Virus record (IMG/VR): IMGVR_UViG_3300032323_003201
Coordinates: 1 to 64,000 of that record
Direction: 5' to 3' (one strand)
DNA: 64,000 nt
Source: a virus
Positions 8,856-19,160 of this stretch are shown in pieces (within the stretch, counting starts at the first letter, position 1; every line of letters starts with the position of its first letter). Both the position numbers and the translations under genes were made by a program. The notes under the pieces were generated by a model, which saw nothing but the letters and a program-made list of their open reading frames with translations, was not told the DNA's origin and made no database searches.

Positions 8856-11800
8856 ATGTCAATTCTACTTGGTAATCAAGCAGTCAGTGGTAAGCCTGCT
8901 AGTGAAACGCAACCAGGTGTTGTACAGCTAGCCACTGCTGAACAAACTGCTGAGGGTCAATCAAGCACACTAGCCACAACCCCTGCAGGTGTATCTCTAG
9001 CGATTGAAGGTGTTGTTGCCAATGCACCACAATCCCTTGACACACTTGGGGAGCTTGCACTTGCAATCAACAATGACCCAAGCTTTGGGATAACTGTCAA
9101 TGCTAGACTTGATGCACTTGAAGCAGGTGGGGGACAAGCAGATGTTGGTGCAATTATCATTGAGCTAGATGCAACACAAGTGGGTGCAGGTCTCAATGCT
9201 AATGGATCATATTCACCAGATGGAAGCACTGACTTTATTGCTCAAGCAACCTCTCTAAAACATGCAGATACCTTACTTGATATGGGTCTCTCTAGTCTGT
9301 CGGATTTAGTACAAATCCAAGATGCAAGTATCCAAGCAAACACAAACAACCTCGCAACTTTGACACCTGCTGTGGCAAGCAATTCTCTCTCAATTGTAAG
9401 CCTACAATCAGATTTGACAACACTGTCTAATACTGTGTCTAATCAAGGCACAAGCATTGCCACTTTGTCTACTGATTTGGCTAGTGTAGTCGTTGATGTT
9501 TCCACACACACAGGACAATTAAACAGCTTACAAGCTGATGTCATTACTCAAGGGAATACGATCAACTCGCACTCACAAGCGATTTTAGATCTACAAGGTG
9601 GCCTTGCTCAATCTAATGCAAATATTAGTGCCAATACCAATGCAATTTCAATCGTAGATACAGCTCTCACCACAGAGATTTTAACTAGAGAGCAAGCAGA
9701 CACCACACTACAAAACAACATTAATACAGTGGGTGCAAATCTAGCCACAGAGATTTTAGATAGACAGGCAGCGATTGTATCTGTGACTAATGCAATCACT
9801 GTCGTAGATGGTAAAGTATTGGATGAAAGCACAACAAGAGAGCAAGCAGACACCACATTACAAGGCAATATTAATGCTGTGTCAGTAGCTCTCAACCAAG
9901 AGGTGGCAGATCGTCAAGGTGCAGATACCACAATCCAAAACAATATCAATGTAGTAAGCAATGCACTTGCTCAAGAGGTGGCAGATCGTCAAGGTGCAGA
10001 TACCACAATTCAAAACAATATCACTGGTGTATCTCTTAACCTAACCACAGAAATCACAAATCGTGCAAATGCTGACCAAGTTTTGCAAGCAAGTATCACA
10101 ACTGTTAGCAATGATTTAGTCACAGAGGTTAACAATCGCACCCAAGCAATCGCAAGCTTGACACTATCACTTGATGGCACAAACACAAATCTTAGCAATG
10201 AAATTTTAGCTAGACAACAGGCTGACACTACACTTCAAAACAATATTAATGGTGTAGCAAATGATTTACTAAGTGAAGCAAATACCAGAGCTGGTGCAGA
10301 TGCTAGCCTCTTGCTTTCTATTCAAGGTGCAATCCAATCAATCAATGCTCTTGATATAGATATAGAGAATGAAGCTCTTGCTCGCTCGCAAGCAGATACA
10401 TTACTTGATACTAGAATCACAACACTAGAGCAAAATGTGCCTAGCGATGCAAACTTTGAAGCTCTAAATAATAAGGTTAGTGCAATCGTAAGCTCTGTCT
10501 CTCTCAATGTAGATGGCACATATAACCAACCTGTTGGGACAAACTCACTAGATGCAAGCACAAGTGTCATGGGTGCTTTGGTGATTATTGATAGTGAAAT
10601 TCATGGTGTATCCACTGACTTGGCACAAGAAATCTCTGAGAGACAACAAGCAATTTCTAACCTGTCTACAAGTGTCCAAAACCTAAGCATTGATTTGACA
10701 GCAGAGATTATCACTAGAGAGCAAGCAGATACTCTTCTTCAAAATAGAATTAATGGTGTATCCAGTGATTTGACAGATGAGGTTGGGTTTAGATCAAGTG
10801 CAGATACCACTCTTCAAAACAATATCAATGGGGTGAGTGCAAATCTAGCAACAGAAATCACAGATAGACAACAAGCTATCACAGCCTTAGACACTTTTCT
10901 TACAAATGCTATTGCTGTTGTAGGTGCTGATTTAGCCACAGAGATTTTGGATAGACAACAGGCTGATACATTTTTACAAAGTGATATTAATGCTCTGAAT
11001 ATTGGCTTTACTCAAGATCTACAAGATACACAAACAGCAATCACCAATTTAGACACAGAGCTAACAAGTGCGATTGGTGTAGTCAGTGCAAATCTTGCCA
11101 CAGAGATTTTAGATAGACAAGGTGCAGATACAACCCTTCAAAATAATATCAATGGGGTGAGTGCAAATCTAGCCACAGAGATTTTAGATAGGCAGCAAGC
11201 TATCACAGCCTTAGATACTTCTCTATCTAGTGCAATTGACCAAGTGGCTGGCAACCTTACAACAGAAATCACAAATAGACAACAAGCAGATACAACCCTT
11301 CAAAATAATATCAATGGGGTGAGTGCAAATCTAACCAATGAAACCAATGCTCGTGCAAGTGCAGATATCGTTCTTCAAGGACATATTGACACTGTGAGCG
11401 ATGATTTAGCACAAGAAAGACTTGATCGTTTAAGTGCTGTGGCTCAAGAGGTGCTTGATCGTGCAAGTGAAGATAACTTGTTACAGGATCAAATTGATAG
11501 CTTGGTGGATGAAGTAAACTTAATTGAAGGCTCAATTGGCCTTGAGAATGATGGTAGCTATGTAGCTCCAATCTCTAACTTTCTTTCAGGCACTGCCACA
11601 GTTAAGCAAGGCTTGCAAGTTTTAGATCAGCAAGTGAAACTAGCTTTTGATACCATCACAAGCACTGAAAACAATTTATCAAGTGAGCTTGCACCTCTCA
11701 TTATTCGCAACAATGGGTTTTTAGATCAAGGTGTAGATGTTGTCATCTTTGATCCAGAAAATCATGTTGTGCGTGGTGATTATGGTGCTTTAGGGTTTCA

Positions 11801-11903
11801 ACCATCCACAGGGGACGCTGTTTTTTATGCTCCCCTTGGTGGCTCATCTGATAGACACTTTACCTACGACTTAACAGGCAATATCATCTTTACAGGAGTA
11901 TAG
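8856..11903 (+). CDS. Long coiled-coil fibre protein with 25-aa repeats
   Basis: N-terminal ASETQPGVVQLAT and APQSLDTLGELALAINNDPSF fibre motifs. Many LATEILDRQQADTTLQNNINGVSAN repeats (75-bp period, e.g. 9901 vs 9976). Confidence 0.8.
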   Translation: MSILLGNQAVSGKPASETQPGVVQLATAEQTAEGQSSTLATTPAGVSLAIEGVVANAPQSLDTLGELALAINNDPSFGITVNARLDALEAGGGQADVGAIIIELDATQVGAGLNANGSYSPDGSTDFIAQATSLKHADTLLDMGLSSLSDLVQIQDASIQANTNNLATLTPAVASNSLSIVSLQSDLTTLSNTVSNQGTSIATLSTDLASVVVDVSTHTGQLNSLQADVITQGNTINSHSQAILDLQGGLAQSNANISANTNAISIVDTALTTEILTREQADTTLQNNINTVGANLATEILDRQAAIVSVTNAITVVDGKVLDESTTREQADTTLQGNINAVSVALNQEVADRQGADTTIQNNINVVSNALAQEVADRQGADTTIQNNITGVSLNLTTEITNRANADQVLQASITTVSNDLVTEVNNRTQAIASLTLSLDGTNTNLSNEILARQQADTTLQNNINGVANDLLSEANTRAGADASLLLSIQGAIQSINALDIDIENEALARSQADTLLDTRITTLEQNVPSDANFEALNNKVSAIVSSVSLNVDGTYNQPVGTNSLDASTSVMGALVIIDSEIHGVSTDLAQEISERQQAISNLSTSVQNLSIDLTAEIITREQADTLLQNRINGVSSDLTDEVGFRSSADTTLQNNINGVSANLATEITDRQQAITALDTFLTNAIAVVGADLATEILDRQQADTFLQSDINALNIGFTQDLQDTQTAITNLDTELTSAIGVVSANLATEILDRQGADTTLQNNINGVSANLATEILDRQQAITALDTSLSSAIDQVAGNLTTEITNRQQADTTLQNNINGVSANLTNETNARASADIVLQGHIDTVSDDLAQERLDRLSAVAQEVLDRASEDNLLQDQIDSLVDEVNLIEGSIGLENDGSYVAPISNFLSGTATVKQGLQVLDQQVKLAFDTITSTENNLSSELAPLIIRNNGFLDQGVDVVIFDPENHVVRGDYGALGFQPSTGDAVFYAPLGGSSDRHFTYDLTGNIIFTGV

Positions 11904-11908
11904 CAAGC

Positions 11909-14900
11909 ATGTCAGCTATTAGACCCAATGCAAATGGAAGCCACGATCTTGGAACAAGTACACATAAATGGGGTACTGTCCATGCTCAAAATGTAAATGC
12001 TCAAAATGCAAGTATCTCTCAAGACTTGACCATTGAAGGCAATCTTACAGTCAATGGCAATCAAATTATTAACAATGTTGAAACTGTGGAAGCTGTTGAC
12101 CCACTCATCAAGCTTGCCAAAGACAACAATGGTGATTTACTTGATATTGGTCTCTATGGTCAATACCAAGAAGGTGAAAGCACCAAGTATGCAGCTATCT
12201 ATAGAGATGCAAGTGAAAACAAGTTTAAGCTCTCTACAGGTATTGTTGCACAGCCTACTACCACTGTTTCAGGTGGTGTTGTTGGCACTCTTGTTGCAAA
12301 TGTAGAAGGTAATGCTGACTCTGCATCTGCTCTTGAAACACCTCGTCAAATTGCTTTATCTGGTGCTGTGAGTGGATCAGTGAATTTTGATGGTAGTGCA
12401 AATGTTGAGCTAGTCACAAGCATTGCGAATGGTACAATTGCCAATGACAAGCTTGCTCATTCATCTATCCTTTTTGGTGAAGAACAAATTGCACTAGGTG
12501 GCACAATCAATTTTGAAGGCACTGCCAACCAAGTCTCTGTTGCTCAAGCTGGCAATACCTTTACCTTTAGTCTACCCAACCACCTTTTCCTTGGCACAAT
12601 CACAGCAAGTCATATCAATGCTCAAATTGAAGGTGTGTCAGCAGAAGCCAATAAACTTGCTACACCTCGTCAAATCTCTTTGGGTGGTGCAGTCAGTGGT
12701 GCAATCAATTTTGATGGGTCAAGCGATGTAGAAATTAACACAAGTATTGCCAATGGAAGCCTTGCGAATGCCAAGCTCACAAATTCATCCATTGCTGTCA
12801 ATGGATCAAGTATTTCCCTTGGTGGCTCTTTGGATATTCAAGGTAGTGCAAGCCAAGTAGTAGTTAGCACAGATGGATCAACCTTGACCCTATCCTTGCC
12901 AGCTAGTATCAATGTTAATTCAGCATCTTCCACTATCCTTGAAACACCTCGTCAAATTGCTTTATCAGGTGCAGTCAATGGCTCAGTCAATTTTGATGGG
13001 TCAAGTAATGTTGAGCTAGTCACAAGCATTGCGAATGGAAGCCTTGCCAATGAGAAGCTCACAAGCTCTTCTATTTCTGTCAATGGGTCAAGCATTTCTC
13101 TAGGTGGGTCTTTGGATATTCAAGGCACTGCAAGTCAAGTGGCTGTGTCCACAGATGGATCAACAGTGAGCTTGGCTTTACCTGCTAGTATCAATGTCAA
13201 TGCACAAACTGCCACTGCTCTTGAAACTGCTCGTGAAATCTCTTTAAGTGGTGCAGTCAGTGGTGCAGTCAATTTTGATGGTAGTGCAAATGTAGGAATT
13301 ATAACAAGCATTGCGAATGGGACAATTGCCAATGACAAGCTTGTAAATAGTGCAATCTCTTTTGATGGCACAAGCATTGCTCTTGGTGGCACTGTGTCAA
13401 TTCAAGGTAGTGCAAATCAAGTTTCTGTTGGTCAAGTAGGTGGTGCATATACCATTAGCTTGCCAGCTAGTATCAATGTAAATTCAGAGTCTGCCACAGC
13501 TCTTGAAACAGCTAGACAAATCGCTCTATCTGGTGCAGTCAGTGGCTCTGTGAATTTTGATGGGTCAAGCAATGTTGAAATTTCAACAAGCATTGCCAAT
13601 GGGTCAATTGCCAATGATAAGCTTGCAAGCAATTCTATTTCTTTTGATGGTGCAAACATTGCTCTTGGTGGATCTGTATCTATCCAAGGCACAGCTGACC
13701 AAGTGTCTATTGCACAAGTAGGTGGAGCATATACGATTGGCTTGCCAGAAAGCATTCTTGTCAATGCACAAACTGCAAGCTCTCTTCTCTCACCTAGACA
13801 AATTGCTTTATCAGGTGCAGTCAGTGGCTCTGTAAATTTTGATGGTAGTGCAAATGTTGAAATTAGCACAAGCATTGCCAATGGTAGTGTTGCGAATGCC
13901 AAGCTCACAAATTCATCCATTGCTGTGAATGGCACAAGTATTTCCCTTGGTGGGTCTTTGGATATTCAAGGCACTGTTAGTGAGGTGTCTGTGTCCACTG
14001 ATGGATCAACCTTGACCATTGGGTTACCAAATGAAATTAGTGCTGACTTGCTTGGGAATGCTGACACTGCCACACTTGCAACCCAAGCCTTGAGCCTATC
14101 TACTGCACGCACTATCTCTTTGAGTGGTGATGTTGTTGGTAGTGTGAATTTTGATGGTAGTGCAAATGTAGACATTGTAAGCACAATCCAAGTGGCAAGT
14201 GTAGAAAATAGCATGCTTGCTAACTCAAAGCTTGTTTTCAATGGTGGGGATGTAAACTTAGGTGATAGTTTCTCTATTAGTGCAGGGTCAAATCTTGCAT
14301 CATCGCAAGTTGGTAATGCATTGACCCTATCTATTGCCACTGCCTTTAGTGATAGAGTAGGACAATCAGAGCTTGATATTGCTGCTCTTGATACTCGTCT
14401 TGACACTGCTGAAATTGATATTGATACCTTACAAGGTGCAATGACAACAGCTCAAGGTGATATCACTACCTTACAAGGTGCAATGACAACAGCTCAAGGG
14501 AATATCACTACCTTACAAGGTGCAATGACAACAGCTCAAGGTGATATTGTTGCTCTTGATGGTCGTCTTGATACTGCTGAGATTGATATTGATACACTAC
14601 AAGGTGAAATGACAACAGCTCAAGGGGATATCACAAGCTTAGAAACAAGCGTGGCAGGTATTCTTAGCTCTAAGGCTCAAGCTGGTGGTATTGCAACCCT
14701 TGATTTGAATGGCACTATCCCACAATCCCAATTGCCTTCAATTGCTCTCAACTCAACCTATGCTGTGGCAGATATTGCTGAAAGAGATGCTTTGGTTGTG
14801 CAGCAAGGTGACATGGCAATCGTTGCAAGTGAAACTAAAACCTATGTGTATACACAGGACAATTCATGGCTTGAAATCCTATCACCAACCTTCTCTTCAT

Positions 14901-16558
14901 CCTTCCAATCACTACAAGATGAGATTGATGCTGTAGAGCTTGGATCAGGCTTAAGCAATAGTGGTGCATACATTGCAGATAACACAACCAGCTACCTAAC
15001 CCTTGCCACCTCTCTAAAGGATGCAGACAAGAAGCTAGATAGTGCTATCCTTGCTATCGATGGTAGAGTAACAACAGCAGAAGGCAATATCACTACCTTA
15101 CAGGGTGGATTAACAACAGCTGAAGGCAATATCACAAGCTTGCAAGGTGATTTAGGCACTGCTGAGGGTGATATTTTAGCTTTGGATACTCGCTTAACAA
15201 CAGCTGAAGGCAATATCAGTGGCTTACAAGGGAACATGGTTGTTGCTCAAGGTGATATTACTACATTACAAGGTGGGTTAACTACTGCTCAAGGTGATAT
15301 TACTACATTACAAGCTAGTTTAGGCACAGTTCAAAGTGATATCTCTGGTCTTGATACTCGCTTAACAAGTGCAGAGGGTGTGAATACAACACAAGGCACA
15401 AGTATCACAACACTACAAAGCAATCAATCAACCATGAGAATTTCTTCTGGTCTTGAAAGCAATTTAACCTATGTGCCAAACAATTGGTCTTCTCTCGGCT
15501 TTCCTTTACCTGGTGCTAATGAAGCTCATTATGTCACAAGTGCTAGTCGTTTAGCAGGTGCGATTGCTATCCTTGACCAAAAGGTATATGAAGCTAAGAC
15601 AGCTTTAGGTAATGGTCAAATCTCTAATGCACAGCTCACAAATTCAACCATCTCTGTCAATGGCACAAGTATTGCTCTTGGTGATAGCTTAACCCTTGAA
15701 GGCACAGCCAGTGAGGTGGATGTAAGCACAAGTGGATCTACTGTGTCCATTGGCTTGCCTCAAGATGTGACAATTGCACGAAACTTGACTGTTGTAAATA
15801 ACATGACTTGCCAAGGTGGTAATCTTGTTGTTGAGGATGGTAGCTTGACTGTCTATGGTGGTATCACTGCTGTTGGTGGTAATCTCTCTGTCAATGGTGG
15901 TGTCATTACAAGCTCACAAGCTAACTTCTCATCACTCGTTGCCAAATTCGTTGACCCATTACTCTCTATTGGCTATGACAATTCAAGTGCAACAGCTGAC
16001 CTTGGTTTCTATGTAAAAGATAGTAGTGCAAAATATCAAGGCTTGGTAAGTGATACCTCTGATAGTGGCAAGTGGAAGCTCTTAAAGAATTTAACCTCAG
16101 ATCCAGGCACTAACAATGTTGTTGATCTTACAGGCTCATCCTTTGCAGATATCAAGGTTGGTGGATTAGAAGCAAGCACAATCACAGGCTCATCTCTTGC
16201 AACTGTTGCAAGCTTAAAGGTCAGTGGTGCAGTAAAAACAAGTGGGATTACAACCAACACAAATGCAAGCTATTCAATCTCTAGTTCAACTCATATCATG
16301 CTTGTCAATGACAGCTCTGTTGGGATATTACCAGCTATCACAGCTGACATGGCAGGTCTCAAATTGGTTGTCAAGTGCTTACAATTTAGTGCAGATGCAT
16401 GGTTTATGGTGCAGGGTGCAGGCACAGATAAGATTGATACACAATCAGCTATCACAGTTAATCTCACTGAAGGGTGTCCAAGTGTTGAATTATTGTGTGA
16501 TGGTAGTGCTTGGTGGATTGTTAGTAAGCATGCCTCTTCTATTACTTATACCCCATAG
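11909..16558 (+). CDS. Very large repetitive fibre protein (1549 aa)
   Basis: Seven ETPRQIALSGAVSGSVNFDGS repeats (mostly 282-bp period), then TTAQGDITTLQG coiled-coil repeats, with a duplicated DPL..DIG module at both ends. Confidence 0.82.
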   Translation: MSAIRPNANGSHDLGTSTHKWGTVHAQNVNAQNASISQDLTIEGNLTVNGNQIINNVETVEAVDPLIKLAKDNNGDLLDIGLYGQYQEGESTKYAAIYRDASENKFKLSTGIVAQPTTTVSGGVVGTLVANVEGNADSASALETPRQIALSGAVSGSVNFDGSANVELVTSIANGTIANDKLAHSSILFGEEQIALGGTINFEGTANQVSVAQAGNTFTFSLPNHLFLGTITASHINAQIEGVSAEANKLATPRQISLGGAVSGAINFDGSSDVEINTSIANGSLANAKLTNSSIAVNGSSISLGGSLDIQGSASQVVVSTDGSTLTLSLPASINVNSASSTILETPRQIALSGAVNGSVNFDGSSNVELVTSIANGSLANEKLTSSSISVNGSSISLGGSLDIQGTASQVAVSTDGSTVSLALPASINVNAQTATALETAREISLSGAVSGAVNFDGSANVGIITSIANGTIANDKLVNSAISFDGTSIALGGTVSIQGSANQVSVGQVGGAYTISLPASINVNSESATALETARQIALSGAVSGSVNFDGSSNVEISTSIANGSIANDKLASNSISFDGANIALGGSVSIQGTADQVSIAQVGGAYTIGLPESILVNAQTASSLLSPRQIALSGAVSGSVNFDGSANVEISTSIANGSVANAKLTNSSIAVNGTSISLGGSLDIQGTVSEVSVSTDGSTLTIGLPNEISADLLGNADTATLATQALSLSTARTISLSGDVVGSVNFDGSANVDIVSTIQVASVENSMLANSKLVFNGGDVNLGDSFSISAGSNLASSQVGNALTLSIATAFSDRVGQSELDIAALDTRLDTAEIDIDTLQGAMTTAQGDITTLQGAMTTAQGNITTLQGAMTTAQGDIVALDGRLDTAEIDIDTLQGEMTTAQGDITSLETSVAGILSSKAQAGGIATLDLNGTIPQSQLPSIALNSTYAVADIAERDALVVQQGDMAIVASETKTYVYTQDNSWLEILSPTFSSSFQSLQDEIDAVELGSGLSNSGAYIADNTTSYLTLATSLKDADKKLDSAILAIDGRVTTAEGNITTLQGGLTTAEGNITSLQGDLGTAEGDILALDTRLTTAEGNISGLQGNMVVAQGDITTLQGGLTTAQGDITTLQASLGTVQSDISGLDTRLTSAEGVNTTQGTSITTLQSNQSTMRISSGLESNLTYVPNNWSSLGFPLPGANEAHYVTSASRLAGAIAILDQKVYEAKTALGNGQISNAQLTNSTISVNGTSIALGDSLTLEGTASEVDVSTSGSTVSIGLPQDVTIARNLTVVNNMTCQGGNLVVEDGSLTVYGGITAVGGNLSVNGGVITSSQANFSSLVAKFVDPLLSIGYDNSSATADLGFYVKDSSAKYQGLVSDTSDSGKWKLLKNLTSDPGTNNVVDLTGSSFADIKVGGLEASTITGSSLATVASLKVSGAVKTSGITTNTNASYSISSSTHIMLVNDSSVGILPAITADMAGLKLVVKCLQFSADAWFMVQGAGTDKIDTQSAITVNLTEGCPSVELLCDGSAWWIVSKHASSITYTP
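14426..14547 (+). repeat. 42-bp in-frame tandem repeat x3 within the fibre gene
   Basis: ACCTTACAAGGTGCAATGACAACAGCTCAAGG at 14426, 14468 and 14510. Confidence 0.9.
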
Positions 16559-16719
16559 TTTTTGAAACAAATTTGATGATTTTTGACACGATTTAGTGCT
16601 TACCCCCTACCTATTTTATATAATTTACATACAAAAGCACTCAAAATTAAAGCCTGCACCTATCAGAAATAGCATGTTCCATAGCTTTTTAAGCAAAATC
16701 CTATCAAAAAGCATGATCG

Positions 16720-17061
16720 AAAAGGGGGGGATAAGGTGAAAAAGGAGCAAAAAAGAGGCAGTTTTCTATCAAAAACCATGTGATTGAGCATGAAAACAGT
16801 CGTTTTTGGGTGCAAAAAAGGGGGGATAATTTGGCGTTTTTCATGTATTTGCCACCCCCCCTCCCCCCCCCACCCCCCATTTACATATCTTTCTATCATC
16901 TCTAAGTAGTTGAAAACACTACATATTTAATAATACTATATACATGGGGGGAGGGGGGGTATTTTTATTTGAGATGAGAAATATTTTTTTATTTTTTTGT
17001 GCAGACAGATTTAGAAAAATATTTTTTTAGAAGAGGTATACACCCCCCACCCCCCCATCAT
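16720..17061 (+). repeat. Left copy of long inverted repeat (G/C-tract-rich non-coding element)
   Basis: Its reverse complement matches 57531-57875. Example: CCCCCCATTTACATATCTTTCTATCATCTCTAAGTAGTTGAAAACA here vs TGTTTTCAACTACTTAGAGATGATAGAAAGATATGTAAATGGGGGG there. Confidence 0.95.
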
Positions 17062-17183
17062 GTGAAACAAATAAATTAATGCTCTACATTCGATGAAATC
17101 AAGATATTGATAGCAATGGGGGGGGTATGCATATTTTAGAATGACTTTTTGCCTTGTGCTACAATCCAAGCAAAGGAGACACT

Positions 17184-17492
17184 ATGCAAATGAAGATCAA
17201 TACTGCCAGATACACAACCCTTATTCTTATTCTTTTAATCCTGTGCCTATACTTTCCCAATGTGATGGCATGGGTTAGCACAGTAATCACAAGCATGATA
17301 GGTTGGCTGTTATTCACGACTAAGGAACAGACTAAAGCACAAGAAAAAGCAATAGAGGATCATATCCATAGAGCGATTGAAATCCATGACAAGCTGGCAA
17401 GCATGGAAGCTCTCATGCAACATAAGATGGAAAAGGCACGACTTGACGCAAGGGATGAGGCAATCTCTAAGCTAGATGGTGAATGGAAATGA
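17184..17492 (+). CDS. Membrane protein (two TM segments plus coiled coil), possible holin/spanin-type lysis component
   Basis: AAGGAG RBS and a hydrophobic N-terminus. First of three coupled small membrane ORFs upstream of a transglycosylase. Confidence 0.55.
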   Translation: MQMKINTARYTTLILILLILCLYFPNVMAWVSTVITSMIGWLLFTTKEQTKAQEKAIEDHIHRAIEIHDKLASMEALMQHKMEKARLDARDEAISKLDGEWK

Positions 17493-17848
17493 TCAGCCTC
17501 ATCCTACAGCTTGGTCTTTGGGTGAATACGAATGGGGTAGAGCAGCATGTGCCTTGTCCCCTAATCTATGAGCAAGAGCAAAGGTTGCCTGTGGGGTGCA
17601 TGGTGCTAAATCAAGGTGTATTATATTCACCCACACACTACATAGACACTAAAGTGAATGAGTCAGAGGATAAGGTTAAAATTAGTGCATTGGAGGAGCA
17701 AATTGCTTTCCTACAAGCAGAGTTAGTAAAGACTCAAAACCAATTAACAAAATGCCTTATTGAGCCAAAGCCAAGCACAACCCAGCCTTTTATCTATGGT
17801 GTGCTAGGTGGTGCGATTATTACAGGAGCGATATTATGGAACAAGTAA
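17483..17848 (+). CDS. Membrane-anchored coiled-coil protein (possible spanin-like)
   Basis: Hydrophobic N-terminus, central coiled coil and C-terminal TM FIYGVLGGAIITGAILW. Confidence 0.5.
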   Translation: MEMISLILQLGLWVNTNGVEQHVPCPLIYEQEQRLPVGCMVLNQGVLYSPTHYIDTKVNESEDKVKISALEEQIAFLQAELVKTQNQLTKCLIEPKPSTTQPFIYGVLGGAIITGAILWNK

Positions 17849-18072
17849 CTTTAACCTATGCCACACTACTTGGCCTTGTAGGTCTTTTCTATACCTCTCT
17901 CAAAGAGAAGCAAGAGCAAGCCAAATCACTTGGGAAATTAGAAGAGAAGGTGGCTAGTTTAGAAGCCAAACAACAAACTTTACATGAATTAGTGGAAGCT
18001 CTACAAGAAACTAAAATAGCAGTGGCAAGACTTGAAACAAAGATTGACGCTTTACTAGGACATAGACAATAG
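17836..18072 (+). CDS. Small holin-like protein (N-terminal TM plus coiled coil)
   Basis: TYATLLGLVGLFY followed by LGKLEEKV...VARLETKIDAL. Confidence 0.55.
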   Translation: MEQVTLTYATLLGLVGLFYTSLKEKQEQAKSLGKLEEKVASLEAKQQTLHELVEALQETKIAVARLETKIDALLGHRQ

Positions 18073-18081
18073 GAAGGGAAG

Positions 18082-18684
18082 ATGATGGATCAGTACTCAC
18101 TACTTGCATATAGTGCAAACGATGAAATTTTGGCAACAAAAATAACCTATGCACTTACTCGCTATTCTTCAATCTTAGAGCCAGATGACAAGAGCTTGAT
18201 TTGGCGTTGGTCATCTATCATTAAAGAAATCTGTGAGCCTTTTCCCATCACTATTGCCTACCACATGCCACTTCAACATTGCATTGACTTGTTTCAATTC
18301 GATTTAGGTATAAAGATAGTACATATCTCTGAAAATGAGTATTTTTATCCCCATCAAGTGATAGCTCATAGAAAAATTACTAAGGGGAAGGGTGTTATAG
18401 ATGATGAAGCAGAATTGATTTTGAGAGAGAGTATCCACAAGGCCAGAGTGACTTATTTGTCCCTTATAAATCGTGGTGTTGATCATCAAATTGCAAGCCT
18501 GTGCCTTCCTCAATCCATTTTTGTAGACTGCCACCTTCAAGGAGATATCCACACATGGTGTAGTTTCTTCCTTGCTCTCAAAGAAGATAAGCAAGAGTGG
18601 CAGTATATCAAAAAGCATGCAGAGGGAATACAAAAGCTCATCCAAGAGGTATTCCCCAAAACAATGAAAGTGCTAAAGCTATGA
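18082..18684 (+). CDS. Divergent ThyX-like (flavin-dependent thymidylate synthase fold) protein
   Basis: YLSLINRGVDHQIASLCLPQS and ...IQEVFP resemble the ThyX C-terminal half. The canonical RHR-x7-S signature is not recognisable. Confidence 0.5.
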   Translation: MMDQYSLLAYSANDEILATKITYALTRYSSILEPDDKSLIWRWSSIIKEICEPFPITIAYHMPLQHCIDLFQFDLGIKIVHISENEYFYPHQVIAHRKITKGKGVIDDEAELILRESIHKARVTYLSLINRGVDHQIASLCLPQSIFVDCHLQGDIHTWCSFFLALKEDKQEWQYIKKHAEGIQKLIQEVFPKTMKVLKL

Positions 18685-19160
18685 CAGACAGTTTTATTTT
18701 ATGTTGGTGGATCATGATGCAAGTTATTGCACCCACTCAAGATCCTGTATCACCAGCATATAAAAAACAATTAGGTAAAACGATCATGGATAGGGTTGTT
18801 CAGTGCGAACAATTACATGACCATGCAATCAAGCATGATGTGAATAAATATCTTGTGCTTTCACTTGCCTACCATGAAAGTAAATTTGTTCGTAATGCAA
18901 AGAGTAGTAAGGGAGCTGTGGGAGCAATGCAAATCATGCCACAGTACAAGCCTTGTGCCAAATGTAGTGATGCAGAGAATGGTGTGCTTATGCTTAGGAA
19001 AATGCTAGATAATCATGGTGGGGATGAGTGTAAGGCAATTGGCTTTTATGCCACTGGTAAGACCTTGCCAAAGTGTGGGAGCTATGGGAAGAGTATCCAA
19101 GATTTTGCTACAGAGATATTTGATTATGCAGTACTCATGGGAATAGATGAGGGTTGCTAA
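18681..19160 (+). CDS. Lytic transglycosylase (SLT domain)
   Basis: LAYHESKF...AKSSKGAVGAMQIMP catalytic motifs. ATG 18681 overlaps the previous stop. Confidence 0.85.
   Translation: MTDSFILCWWIMMQVIAPTQDPVSPAYKKQLGKTIMDRVVQCEQLHDHAIKHDVNKYLVLSLAYHESKFVRNAKSSKGAVGAMQIMPQYKPCAKCSDAENGVLMLRKMLDNHGGDECKAIGFYATGKTLPKCGSYGKSIQDFATEIFDYAVLMGIDEGC

Noticed and set aside
8957-16260. Numerous antisense ORFs within the fibre genes (and similar ones across the window)
   Set aside because: They are shadows of repetitive, biased coding on the opposite strand, with no RBS or recognisable motifs.
11909-16558. Diversity-generating retroelement or fibre shufflon
   Set aside because: No reverse transcriptase, no TR/VR pair with adenine-specific differences, and no inverted alternative fibre tips.
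16663-16899. ORFs inside the long inverted repeats (also 57740-57931)
   Set aside because: Low-complexity translations of G/C tracts, and the reading frame is not conserved between the two copies.
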